A stretch of 64,000 nt of DNA, from assembly GCA_963817895.1 (NCBI GenBank), contig CAWFQB010000006.1, forward strand, positions 144,708-208,707, written 5' to 3'. The stretch's first letter is position 1. Each line of letters starts with the position of its first letter. The position numbers were made by a program, and so were the translations under genes. Positions 18,920 through 29,279 of the stretch are shown here, one piece after another. This stretch comes from an uncultured Chthonomonadaceae bacterium. Its GTDB lineage: Bacteria > Armatimonadota > Chthonomonadetes > Chthonomonadales > Chthonomonadaceae. The notes beneath the pieces were generated by a model. That model ran no database searches, was not told the origin of the DNA, and worked only from the letters and a program-made list of their open reading frames with translations.

Positions 18920-19188
18920 GGTTCGGTTACTCCTTGCGAAATACAGGGTTGTTGCGTGTGTTGTTCGACGAACACGCCCTTCATTCCTTCCACGCCTTCA
19001 CCGGCGCAGCGCAATAAAATGTTAAAAATATTCCTTGCGAATACAGGGATTCACGCGGCGCAGGGAGAATACGACGAGTGTGCTTTTTTCTCAACGCCGC
19101 TTCGGGCGGCATACCGTTTCTGGAAGGAGACCGATATGACTCGCATTCTTCGTTCTTCCGCGCCGAGTCCCGCAACCTGCGCGGCGCG

Positions 19189-19359
19189 ATGCTTCTTCTC
19201 ATGGGCTGCCTGCTGGCGGGATTGCTGGCCGGCTGCGGCGGCGGTTCAAGCGCCGTCAGCGCCAACAGCAAGGGCGTGATTTATGGCGACAACAGAGCCG
19301 CCAACACCGGCGCTGCTCCCGCGGATAAGACGACGCGCGGACTTGTCGTGGCCGAGTAG
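19189..19359 (+). CDS. Possible small lipoprotein
   Basis: Internal ATG of ORF 19078..19359. MLLLMGCLLAGLLAGCGGGSS has the same GCGGG lipobox style as the genes at 253 and 1274. Short (56 aa), with no other support. Confidence 0.3.
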   Translation: MLLLMGCLLAGLLAGCGGGSSAVSANSKGVIYGDNRAANTGAAPADKTTRGLVVAE

Positions 19360-19388
19360 CCCTCACCGGGCGTCCGCCTGTGAACACG

Positions 19389-19446
19389 CCCCTCTCCCAA
19401 AAGCGAATTTCAAAGCGATACAGAAGTCCACTTTTGAGGAGAGGGG
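19389..19446. repeat. REP-like hairpin (CCCCTCTCCCAAAAG ... CTTTTGAGGAGAGGGG)
   Basis: 15/16-nt arms with one bulge and a 27-nt loop. The arm resembles CCCCTTCTCCCAAA of the 9911 and 60963 elements. Confidence 0.75.
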
Positions 19447-19555
19447 ATGCCAATACTACGCAGGAATGGGCGGATACAATACGGGCTAACTTATTGCGCC
19501 GCACAACGCGGATTTGTATAGATTTACCTGGCAGAGCGGCGGGCAGGCGAAAATG

Positions 19556-19573
19556 CTGTGAAAATTTTCACAG
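19556..19573. promoter_or_regulatory. Perfect 18-bp palindrome with CRP/FNR-type half sites (TGTGA-N6-TCACA)
   Basis: CTGTGAAAATTTTCACAG, ending 5 nt upstream of the -35 element of the NlpC/P60 promoter. Confidence 0.5.
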
Positions 19574-19578
19574 GACGC

Positions 19579-19608
19579 TTGTTAAATTCGCCACATTAGG
19601 GTTATAAT
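19579..19608 (+). promoter_or_regulatory. Sigma70-type promoter
   Basis: TTGTTA (19579-84), an 18-nt spacer, then perfect TATAAT (19603-08). It lies ~175 nt upstream of the NlpC/P60 start. Confidence 0.55.
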
Positions 19609-19614
19609 AGAGTC

Positions 19615-19783
19615 CTGTAAGTATTCCGGCCTACGTTTGCCGGAAGAGTTGAGTCTGCTGTAACGGTTTTTGCCCCTGATGGTGGAAGCTAGTAGGCTAT
19701 AGCGCCGCACGGAGGGATCGAGGACGATCCCGCTTCAAGGTAGAAGCGAACACTCGCGGCGACCCGAAATGATCTACTAGAAA
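19615..19783 (+). promoter_or_regulatory. Structured 5' leader; candidate riboswitch (possibly ydaO/c-di-AMP class)
   Basis: Nested perfect helices: TTCCGGC/GCCGGAA (19624-30/19639-45), CTAGTAG/CTACTAG (19689-95/19774-80), CGCCGC/GCGGCG (19703-08/19756-61), GGGATCG/CGATCCC (19714-20/19725-31), GCTTC/GAAGC (19732-36/19743-47). ACGGAGGGAUC and GACCCGAA resemble conserved ydaO segments. The 3' strand of the outer helix ends 4 nt before the start codon. Confidence 0.35.
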
Positions 19784-20461
19784 GTGAGGCAAAAACGAAC
19801 ATTGCTTATTTCCAATACCCGGCGTAAAAACGCCTCTTTGCTTTGCGTCCTCAGCGCCCTTGTTTGCGCGTCCGCCACGCTTCCCCTGCTTGTACGCGCG
19901 GACCAGAAATCCAAAACACACTCCCACAAGTCCCAACCCACCCCCGCCGCGAAACCAAGCCCTGCTGCCACGCCTGTAGATCGCAGTGGAACGGTAGATC
20001 GCAGTGGCGGTATAGACCGCAGCGGCATGGTGGATCGGGGTACGGGCAGCGCCCTCGCGTCACGCGGCATGAACATCACCCGCACCGCGCAGCAGTTCAA
20101 AGGGCTTCCCTATGTATGGGGTGGCACATCGCCTAAACACGGTTTCGACTGTTCCGGCCTGGTGCAGTACGTTTACGCCAAATGGGGCATCTATCTGCCG
20201 CGCTGCGCCAGCGAACAGGTCAATAAAGGCGTTGCGGTCTCGAAAAGCGAACTTCAGGCGGGCGATCTGGTTTTCTTCAAGAACACCTACAAGCGCGGCC
20301 TGTCGCACGTCGGCATTTTCATTGGCGACGGCTGGTTTATCCATGCTGCCAGTGAGCGCACCGGAGTTATTTTGAGCCGTCTGGACGAAGGGTACCACAA
20401 AAACCACTGGTACGGCGCGGCGCCGCCTCGATCTATCCAAACTGCCGCCCGTTGCCGGTGA
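19784..20461 (+). CDS. NlpC/P60 peptidoglycan endopeptidase (C-terminus probably frameshifted; may extend to 20543)
   Basis: GTG start with signal peptide. The catalytic block is GLPYVWGGTSPKHGFDCSGLVQYVY..GDLVFF......HVGIFIG. After ..HWYGA a 1-nt shift near 20417-20421 opens 40 further codons beginning with RRL (so ..HWYGA+RRL, the common YGARRL-type ending) up to the TAA at 20541-43, just before the terminator. Confidence 0.85.
   Translation: MRQKRTLLISNTRRKNASLLCVLSALVCASATLPLLVRADQKSKTHSHKSQPTPAAKPSPAATPVDRSGTVDRSGGIDRSGMVDRGTGSALASRGMNITRTAQQFKGLPYVWGGTSPKHGFDCSGLVQYVYAKWGIYLPRCASEQVNKGVAVSKSELQAGDLVFFKNTYKRGLSHVGIFIGDGWFIHAASERTGVILSRLDEGYHKNHWYGAAPPRSIQTAARCR
19976..20047 (+). repeat. 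18-bp tandem repeat x4 inside NlpC/P60 (VDRSG(T/G/M) hexapeptide repeats)
   Basis: GTAGATCGCAGTGGAACG / GTAGATCGCAGTGGCGGT / ATAGACCGCAGCGGCATG / GTGGATCGGGGTACGGGC. Confidence 0.85.
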
Positions 20462-20578
20462 AGAGCAGCAGGTATCCCGCGTAATTCTGGAAGAACCCAC
20501 TATTGGCGACCCTCTGCCATCCCCGGAACCCTCGGCGCAATAAAAACCACCGGTATCTTATCGGTAAGAGTAGTGTTG

Positions 20579-20611
20579 AAGCGGCCTTTGTACATGTACA
20601 AAGGCCGCTTT
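20579..20611. terminator. Palindromic hairpin terminator downstream of NlpC/P60
   Basis: AAGCGGCCTTTGTACA|TGTACAAAGGCCGCTT is a perfect palindrome, followed by TAACTC. There is no strong U-tract. Confidence 0.55.
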
Positions 20612-21372
20612 AACTCTGCCAATGGTTATAAAAAGTAACACTTTACTTTGGATTTAAAATGTTGTATACTGCTGTAGAAGAATTACCGGGTAGACATGTG
20701 ATACCCCCTCCATTTCTGCGCGCATGTTGCCGATAATTCTTAAGGGACTCCGTTTGTACTCCACGCCCTGCCGCGCGTATATTCTCCCCTTTCTCTTTTC
20801 CGGTCCTGATCTCCGGTGAAATCGGTTTGCGCCTGTTCACGCCAACAGCGTTTACCGGTTTGCTTTGCCCTGCGTGTCGAGCCACTCCGATGTTGTGAGA
20901 TGGCGGCGCGGTTTGTGTTCGCTGACGCCTGTCCTGTCGCATCGTCCCCGTTTGGTGTTCCAATTGCAGCCCTGCCACGCCCGCGTTGTTCCTGTTGTTT
21001 CCGTCCGCAGACATGCCCTTGCTGTCGCGGCAAACCAGGCGGTGTGTGCTGACCCTCCTCATGCCATCTCTTCTTCTCTTCCCGGCATCCGCTGTAATTC
21101 CTTCGCGCGGCGCTTCAACCGCTGTTTCCTCATGGAAGCGCCCCGCGCCTTGCCAGAACCGGCAAGATTACATTCCCAATTGTTTCTCCAAATCTGGAAA
21201 GTAACTTATTGGGAAAAGCGCGTTTGCGGCGCAGGGTTTCTCCACATCGGGTTCCTCATCATCAAGAGTGGGAGGGGAACCAGAAGATGTGGCCTGTTTA
21301 CGGCAGACAACTGTCGGCAGCCCCTGTCGCCGCGTAGTAGCGCGCTCCCACTCGTGTAAGAAGGAGCAGGAT

Positions 21373-24300
21373 ATGCGACGTCGTTCGTCGTTTGTAACAT
21401 ACTTGAGCGCGGCACTTGGCCTTACCGCCCTGAACTGCGCGCCCACCGCGCGGGCGCAGGATACGCAGCAGGTCTATACCGATACGCTGGGAGCCGGCTG
21501 GCAAAGCTGGTCGTGGTGCGTGACCGACTTTGCTTCCCACGACTACGCCCACAGCGGAACCTCCAGCATCAAAGCCACCATCACCGCAGCCTATCAGGGG
21601 CTGTATCTGCATTGCGACAACCTTGCCGGTTCGCAGTATTCCACCATCACCTTCTGGATACACGGCGGAAACACTAACGGGCGCAGCCTGCAAATTTCAG
21701 GCATCATCAACAACAACTATGTCGGCAACATTTCGCTCAACCCGTTCATTGCGGGCGGCAGTGTGGCGGCGGGGCAGTGGCGGCTCGTGACCGTTCCGCT
21801 GTCCGCGCTCGGACTTGCCGGCACGTCCGCCATGAACGGCTTCTGGATTGCCGACACGGGAACCAACGGGCAGCCCGCCTTCTATGTGGACGATGTCGCG
21901 CTCAACGCCAGGCCCGTCAACAACGGGCCGGTCGCCATCAAGGTGGACGCCGCCGCCAATCGCCATGCCATCAATCCGCAGATTTACGGCAGCGCGTTTG
22001 CCGGACAGGATATGCTCACTGATCTCAACATCACACTCAACCGACAGGGCGGCAACACGGCTTCCACCTACAACTGGCAGCAGAACGCTTCCAACCATGC
22101 CAGCGACTGGTACTTTGAGAGCATGCTCGAAGGCAACGCCGTACCCGGCGATAGCGTGAACGGCTTGATTATTCCCACACTCGCCGCGCATGCGCAGGCC
22201 ATGATTACCATTCCCACCCTGGGCTGGGTCGCCAAACTGGGAGCCAACGGCAGCAAACTGTCGAGTTTTTCCGCGAAAAAGTACGGCGCGCAACAGTATT
22301 ATGATGGCTGGATGCCCGATGCGGGCAATGGCGTCAAGTCCAATGGACAGAACGTCGCGGGCAACGATCCCAACGACGCCAATGTCGCCGCCGACTCCAC
22401 CTTTCAGCAGAACTGGGTCAAGTACCTCACCGGGCGGTACGGCACGGCGGCTAAAGGCGGCGTGTCTTATTACCTGCTGGACAATGAGCCGAGCATCTGG
22501 CACTACACGCACCGCGATGTTCATCCCACCGGCGCCACTATGGACGAGATTAAGAACAAAATCGTAGATTACGCGGCCAAAATCAAAGCGGTGGATCCGG
22601 GCGCGCAGATCGTCGGCCCGGAAGAGTGGGGCTGGAGCGGTTATTTCTATAGCGGCTATGACCAGCAGTACGGCAACGCGCATGGCTGGGGCTATCTGCC
22701 CGACCGCGCCAATCATGGGGGCATGGACTACCTGCCCTGGCTGCTGTCTTCGCTGAAAAGCTACGATACGGCCAACAGAACGAAGTCGCTGGATGTGTTC
22801 AGCCTGCACTACTACCCGCAGGGCGGCGAGTTCAGCAGCGATGTCTCGACGGGAACGCAATTGCTGCGCAACCGCAGCACCCGCAGCCTGTGGGACCCGA
22901 ACTACGTGGATGAGACGTGGATCGGTACGCAGGTGCAGCTGATCCCGCGCATGAAGAGTTGGGTCAACTCCTACTATCCGGGCTTGAAGACGGCCATCAC
23001 GGAGTACAACTGGGGCGCGGAGGGCAGTATCAACGGCGCTACCGCGCAGGCCGACATTCTGGGCATCTTCGGGCGCGAAGGGCTGGACATGGCGGCGCGA
23101 TGGGCTACGCCCGACCCGTCTACGCCCACCTACAAGGCCATGAAGATGTTCACGCAACGTGGACGGCAGCAATACCGGCTTTGGCGATACCAGCGTCAGC
23201 GATACGGTTCCCGACCCGGACAATGTGAGCAGTTTCGCTTCGATTCGCAGCAGCGACGGCGCGCTCACCATCCTGCTCATCAACAAGGCTCTGAGCGGTA
23301 CGCCAACGGCCAATATCAGCCTTGCCAACTTCACGCCCGCCGCCACCGCGCAGGCCTGGCAGTTGACATCGGCCAACACCATCACGCCGCTCGGCAAGGT
23401 GAATGTCGCCAACAACGCCGTTACGCTGGCTCTGCCCGCGCAGAGCGTCACGCTGTTGACGATTCCGAATAAATCGCAGCCGGCACAAAGCGTGTCGGCG
23501 TATCGTATCAACTGCGGCGGTTCTGCCGCAGGCGTGTTTGCCTCCGACCAGTACTACACGACGACGGGACTGACGTACAGCACGACGACCACAATGGACA
23601 CGAGCAGGGTGAGCAACCCGGCTCCGCAAGTCTGCTACCAGAGCGAACGCTTTACCACGTCCGGTGGCCCACTCACCTACGCCGTGCCGAACTTGACCCC
23701 CGGCAGCAGCTACACGGTTCGCCTGCACTTTGCCGAAGTGTGGTGGACAGCGGCAAACCAGCGCGTGATGAACATCAGCATCAACGGCAACGCCGTCCAG
23801 AACAACTTCGACCTCGTGGCCGAAGCCGGAGGACGCTACAAAGCGCTCGTCAAGGAGTTTACCGCCGCTGCCGACAGTAGCGGAACCATGACCATCAGCC
23901 TGGGCAGAGTGCAGGGGAATCCCGCCCTCAACGCCCTGGAAATAGTTCGCAAGGTTTCTCAACCCGTCCGAACCAACTGTGGCGGGGCCGCTTCCGCCAC
24001 ATTCTCGGCGGATCAGTACTACACGACGACGGGACTGACGTACAGCACGACGACCACAATGGACACGAGCAGGGTGAGCAACCCGGCTCCGCAAGTCTGC
24101 TACCAGAGCGAACGCTTTACCACGTCCGGTGGCCCACTCACCTACGCCGTGCCGAACTTGACCCCCGGCAGCAGCTACACGGTTCGCCTGCACTTTGCCG
24201 AAGTGTGGTGGACAGCGGCAAACCAGCGCGTGATGAACATCAGCATCAACGGCAACGCCGTCCAGAACAACTTCGACCTCGTGGCCGAAGCCGGAGGACG

Positions 24301-24419
24301 CTACAAAGCGCTCGTCAAGGAGTTTACCGCTACTGCGGACAGCAGCGGCAAGATCACGGTATCGCTGGGCAGAGTGCAGGGAGAATCCCGCCCTCAACGC
24401 CCTGGAACTTGTGCCTTAA
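21373..24419 (+). pseudogene. Secreted GH44 endoglucanase/xyloglucanase with N-terminal CBM-like domain and two C-terminal malectin-like modules; two frameshifts
   Basis: The ATG at 21373 follows AAGGAG. Signal peptide ..LNCAPTARAQ. GH44-like blocks NRHAINPQIYG, QGGNTASTYNWQQNASNHASDWYFES, YYLLDNEPSIWHYTHRD, HYYPQGG, ITEYNWG. Frame change 1 is at 23150-23158 (..KMF / VDGSNTGFGDTSVS). Frame change 2 is an extra A at 24382 relative to the sister module (CAGGGGAATCCC vs CAGGGAGAATCCC). The corrected end is ..NALELVP-TAA at 24417-19. Confidence 0.7.
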
Positions 24420-24688
24420 CAGCAATCCCGTTCACAATAAGGCGTGAGGAATACTCTTCTCCTGACGCTGCATAACCGCTTTCCGCAAGCGTTTCCACCT
24501 GGAATAGCTTGTGGAAAGCGGTTGTTTCTATTTGTTTTCACGAGTGGAGCGCGAATATTTTGCAGACTCCGGTAGACATACGAGGAGAACAATCCGTGTC
24601 AACAGCGCAGGCCCTTGTAAACGTATGGTACACTTGTATTGGTTAATGCTTCCCTGCCTATTCTCCACATCTTTTCAGATGTTTTGCT

Positions 24689-27600
24689 ATGTCTGCTCTA
24701 ACCAGACCAAATCGGGAGTCGTTTATGTCAGCCAAAGTGCCATCTTGCAACAATCGTCTGCGGTTTCCCGTTCTCTGTTCTGTTCTGTATGGATGTCTCA
24801 CGCTTCTCCTGTCCGGCGCATCGCCTGTACATGCGCAGCGAGTACATCCCGCAAATCCCCCTCAACTGCAACAGCCGATTCCCATTCCGTCTCTGGAACA
24901 GCAGCTTTCCCGCCGCCTGCCTCCCCTCGTTCCGGGGCGCGTGACGCTGGAAGGGGATTTGCTGGTAGGATTGGAACCGGGCGCCAATGCGCAGGCATTT
25001 TCCAGGCGCATTCGCAGTCTGGGGCAGGTAGTTGGTTATTCGCCCGCGCTGCGCGTGCTGCGAATCAAACTCAATCCCACTGTGTCCGACAACCGGGCGC
25101 TGACATGGCTGAAGCAGCAGAGCGAAACCACTTACGCGGAAAACAATCACCGCATTCAGGTCACTTCCACTCCCAACGACGCCAGTTATTCTGCGCAATG
25201 GGCTTTGCCCAAAATACAGGCCGATCAAGCCTGGGACATCTGGAAGCCGCAGGGACAGGTGGTTCTTGCCATTGTGGATACCGGCGTAGATTATACGCAT
25301 CCTGACCTGACAAACGTAATCTTCCGAGACACTGCCGGCAATGCCGTCGGCTATGATGCCACCGGCTCCGGGAGTTTCCTGGATGGCTATGGACACGGCA
25401 CACACGTTTCCGGCAGCGCCGCCGCACAAATCAATAACGGGGTCACGTATCAGTACACGGACAGCAACAATGTCGTTCATAGTTTTGGAACGGCGGGAGC
25501 CGTCGGTTGGAACGGAAATCTGAACCAATCCGACACCTCTCACATCAAGATCATGCCGGTTCGCGTGCTGGATAGCAGCGGCTCGGGATCGGATGCCGAA
25601 GTGGCCGATGGTATCGCCTGGCGGCCGATCATGGCGCGCAGGTGATCAGCATGAGCCTGGGCGAACCGGAAGACCCTAATAATCCCGGCCCTCCCTCCAC
25701 GCTCAACGCCGCCGTCCAGTATGCCTGGCACAAGGGTGTTGTTATTGTCGCTGCGGCGGGAAATGACGGGAGTACCGAACACTTTTATCCGGCGGCTTGC
25801 CCCAACGTGATTTCTGTTGCCGCGACAAATTCCGGTGACGGGCTGGCGGACTTCTCTAATTTTGGCGATTGGGTGAACGTGGCCGCGCCTGGCACGGACA
25901 TATACTCGACCGTACCCTCCTATTCCATCAACGGCAACCCGGCCTATTATTACAGCTATTCTTCCGGCACATCCATGGCAACGCCGCATGTCGCGGCGGA
26001 GGCTGCCATGCTCCGGGCGCAAAATCTGACGCTGACCAATCAGCATATCCGTGATTTGATTATTGGCAATGTAGACCCGCTTAATGGCGGCAGAACAATC
26101 AATGGCGGCCTCGGCGGGCGCGTAAACTTCTTTTCCGCATTGAGTTCCCTTTCCAGTTCTTCTGTTCGCATCAACAGTGGCGGTTCGGGGGCGGGCGCAT
26201 TCTCGTCCGATCAGTACTACACGACACCGGGGCTGACGTACAGCACAGGCACGATCATGGACACGAGCGGTGTGATGAACCCGGCTCCGCAAGCCTGCTA
26301 CCAGAGCGAACGCTTCACGCAGTCTGGCCCACTGACGTATGCGGTTCCCAACCTCACGTCCGGCAGCAGTTACACGGTGCGTCTGCACTTTGCCGAGGTA
26401 TACTGGACAGCGGCAGGGCAGCGGGTGATGAACATCAGCCTCAACGGCAACGCTGTTCAGAACAACTTCGACCTTGTGGCCGAAGCGGGCGGCAGGTACA
26501 AAGCGCTCGTCAAGGAGTTCACCGCCGCTGCCGACAATAACGGAACCATGACTATCAGCCTGGGCAGAGTGCAGGGCGATCCCGCTCTCAACGCGCTGGA
26601 AGTGGTTGCCGGAAGCGCGCCTGTCGTAACCGCCAACTACCATATCAACAGCGGTGGTTCCGGGGTGGGAATATTTTCTGCTGACCAGTACTACACGACA
26701 CCGGGGCTGACGTACAGCACAGGCACGATCATGGACACGAGCGGTGTGATGAACCCGGCTCCGCAAGCCTGTTACCAGAGCGAACGCTTCACGCAGTCTG
26801 GCCCACTCACCTACGCTATTCCGAACTTGACCCCCGGCAGCAGTTACACGGTGCGTCTGCACTTTGCCGAGGTATACTGGACAGCGGCAGGGCAGCGGGT
26901 GATGAACATCAGCCTCAACGGCAACGCTGTTCAGAACAACTTCGACCTCGTAGCGGAAGCGGGCGGCAGGTACAAAGCGCTCGTCAAGGAGTTCACCGCT
27001 ACCGCTGACAGCAGCGGAACCATGACCATCAGCCTCGGAAGAGTGCAGGGGGATCCCGCCCTCAACGCCCTGGAGGTTGTGCAGGCCAGCTCAGGTGGGC
27101 CAACTCCTCCCCCCACGATTCCGGCAGCTCCCACAAACTTGACGGCGACAGGAGGAAGCAACTCCATTACTCTCGCGTGGACCGCATCTACGGGAGCAAC
27201 TTCCTATAACATCAAGCGCAGCGCCATTAGTGGCGGCCCTTACACCACCGTTGCCACGCTGGTGAATACCACTTCCTATGTGGATGGCGGCCAGAACTAC
27301 AGCGCATCCAACAATCTGGCAACCGGAGTTCGGTACTACTATGTCGTGACGGCGATGAACGCGGCGGGGGAAAGCCCCAACTCCAATCAGGCATCGGCAG
27401 TGACGACGGGCGCATCTAGCGGATTAAGTTATCACATCAACAGCGGCGGTTCTGCCGTAGGCTCCTTCACCTCAGACGCATACTACACCACGCCGGGGCT
27501 GACGTACAGCACAGGCACGATCATGGACACGAGCGGTGTGATGAACCCGGCTCCGCAAGCCTGCTACCAGAGCGAACGCTTCACGCAGTCCGGCCCACTC

Positions 27601-28356
27601 ACCTACGCTATTCCGAACTTGACCCCCGGCAGCAGTTACACGGTGCGTCTGCACTTTGCCGAGGTGTACTGGACAGCGGCAGGGCAGCGGGTGATGAACA
27701 TCAGCCTCAACGGCAACGCTGTTCAGAACAACTTCGACCTTGTGGCCGAAGCGGGCGGCAGGTACAAAGCGCTCGTCAAGGAGTTCACCGCCGCTGCCGA
27801 CAATAACGGAACCATGACTATCAGCCTGGGCAGAGTGCAGGGCGATCCCGCTCTCAACGCGCTGGAAGTGGTTGCCGGAAGCGCGCCTGTCGTAACCGCC
27901 AACTACCATATCAACAGCGGTGGTTCCGGGGTGGGAATATTTTCTGCTGACCAGTACTACACGACACCGGGGCTGACGTACAGCACAGGCACGATCATGG
28001 ACACGAGCGGTGTGATGAACCCGGCTCCGCAAGCCTGTTACCAGAGCGAACGCTTCACGCGGTCCGGCCCACTCACCTACGCTATTCCGAACTTGACCCC
28101 CGGCAGCAGCTATACAGTCCGGCTGCACTTTGCCGAGGTGTACTGGACAGCGGCAGGGCAGCGGGTGATGAACATCAGCCTCAACGGCAACGCTGTTCAG
28201 AACAACTTCGACCTCGTGGCCGAAGCCGGAGGACGCTACAAAGCGCTCGTCAAGGAGTTCACCGTTACCGCGGACAGCAACGGAACCATGACTATCAGCT
28301 TGAGCGGTGTACAAGGCGATCCTGCACTCAACGCCCTGGAGGTTGTGAAGCAATAG
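24689..28356 (+). pseudogene. Subtilisin-like S8 serine protease with I9-like propeptide, four malectin-like modules and one FN3 domain; one frameshift
   Basis: Catalytic triad contexts AIVDTGVD, HGTHVSG and SGTSMATPH. Frame change at 25619-25622: ..ADGIAW then, in the next frame, ADHGAQVISMSLG, consistent with one G lost from a G-run. FN3: PTNLTATGGSNSITLAWTA..YNIKRS (27.12-27.40 kb). Confidence 0.8.
26164..28353 (+). repeat. Four malectin-like coding modules (about 474-bp spacing between adjacent modules) arranged as a 1266-bp two-module duplication
   Basis: Modules start at INSGGS motifs (~26170, 26644, 27436, 27910). Long stretches are identical at an offset of 1266 bp (e.g. 26215.. vs 27481.., 26521.. 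vs 27787..). Two further copies lie at 23513-24419 (465-bp spacing) in the GH44 gene. Confidence 0.9.
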
Positions 28357-28440
28357 ACCGTGTTTCACGGAGAAACGTAGCGTTTGCCTCAATCTCGCAC
28401 AAACAAACGTAAGAGATCGGCTCAATCTAATAAACCAAAC

Positions 28441-28472
28441 AGAACCCCACTCGAACGTTCGAGTGGGGTTCT
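28441..28472. terminator. Bidirectional intrinsic terminator
   Basis: AGAACCCCACTCGAAC-GTTCGAGTGGGGTTCT followed by GTTTGT, between the convergent S8 gene (+, ends 28356) and msrA (-, ends 28496). Confidence 0.65.
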
Positions 28473-28495
28473 GTTTGTATCTAACCGAAACAACT

Positions 28496-29254
28496 TTAAC
28501 GCTTCAGCAGGTTCTGATAATGCTGTCGGAACTTGGTCACTTTGGGCGCGATTACGACGCGGCAGTAGCCCTGATTGGCGTTTTGCGCGTAGTAGTCCTG
28601 ATGGTAGGATTCCGCCGGATAGAAGTTGGTAAAGGCCGTCACTTCCGTAACAATGGGGTTATCCCATATATGCTGCGCGTTGACTTCCTTAATCACTTCC
28701 TGCGCGGCTGTTTTTTGTTCCTCACTACTGGTAAAAATGGCGGAGCGGTATTGCGTACCCGCATCCGCGCCCTGACGGTTCAGCGTTGTGGGATCGTGAG
28801 TGGAGAAGAAAATGCGCAGCAGGTCGCTGTAGGTAATCACTTTCGGATCAAACGTGATTTGAATGGCTTCGGCATGGCCCGTATTGCCGCCGCATACCTG
28901 ATCATAAGTGGGTTTCTCAATGCGGCCCCCGGCGTACCCGGATACGACTTTGTCCACGCCCTTAAGTTCGGTAAAAATGGCTTCGGTACACCAGAAGCAC
29001 CCCCCGGCAAGCGTGGCGATCTCCCGGCCTTGCGGCGCGTTCAGTTCGGTTGTTGGCAATGGCGTCATGGCGGTATTCGTTTCTGTAGATAGCGGCGTCT
29101 GATGGGCGCAGCCGCTGAATAAAGTGAAAAACGCGCCCGCAATCCCGGCGAGAAACCCTCTCCGGTCTGCAACAGCGCGTTCTTGATGTGTGCGGTTCGT
29201 TTCCGTTTGCATACTCTCTTCTACTAAAAACCGGGTGGCAGAGTTAGCCGACAC
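28496..29254 (-). CDS. msrA: Peptide-methionine (S)-S-oxide reductase MsrA with Tat/lipoprotein-type signal
   Basis: GGCFWCTEAIF, GYAGG, TGHAEAIQITFDP and YHQDYY are MsrA hallmarks. N-terminal RRGFLAGIAGAFFTLFSGC. Alternative start at 29212. Confidence 0.9.
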   Translation of the reverse strand: MSANSATRFLVEESMQTETNRTHQERAVADRRGFLAGIAGAFFTLFSGCAHQTPLSTETNTAMTPLPTTELNAPQGREIATLAGGCFWCTEAIFTELKGVDKVVSGYAGGRIEKPTYDQVCGGNTGHAEAIQITFDPKVITYSDLLRIFFSTHDPTTLNRQGADAGTQYRSAIFTSSEEQKTAAQEVIKEVNAQHIWDNPIVTEVTAFTNFYPAESYHQDYYAQNANQGYCRVVIAPKVTKFRQHYQNLLKR

Positions 29255-29279
29255 GTACCCTAATCGGCGTCTTTTATTA

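Noticed and set aside
21697-28425. Very long minus-strand ORFs (21697..23511, 23150..24397, 25540..26862, 27472..28425) opposite the GH44 and S8 genes
   Set aside because: Their Arg/Gly/His/Val-rich composition is repetitive and has no recognisable motifs. They mirror the malectin-module repeats, while the plus strand carries clear catalytic and domain motifs. They are shadow ORFs of a high-GC coding strand.
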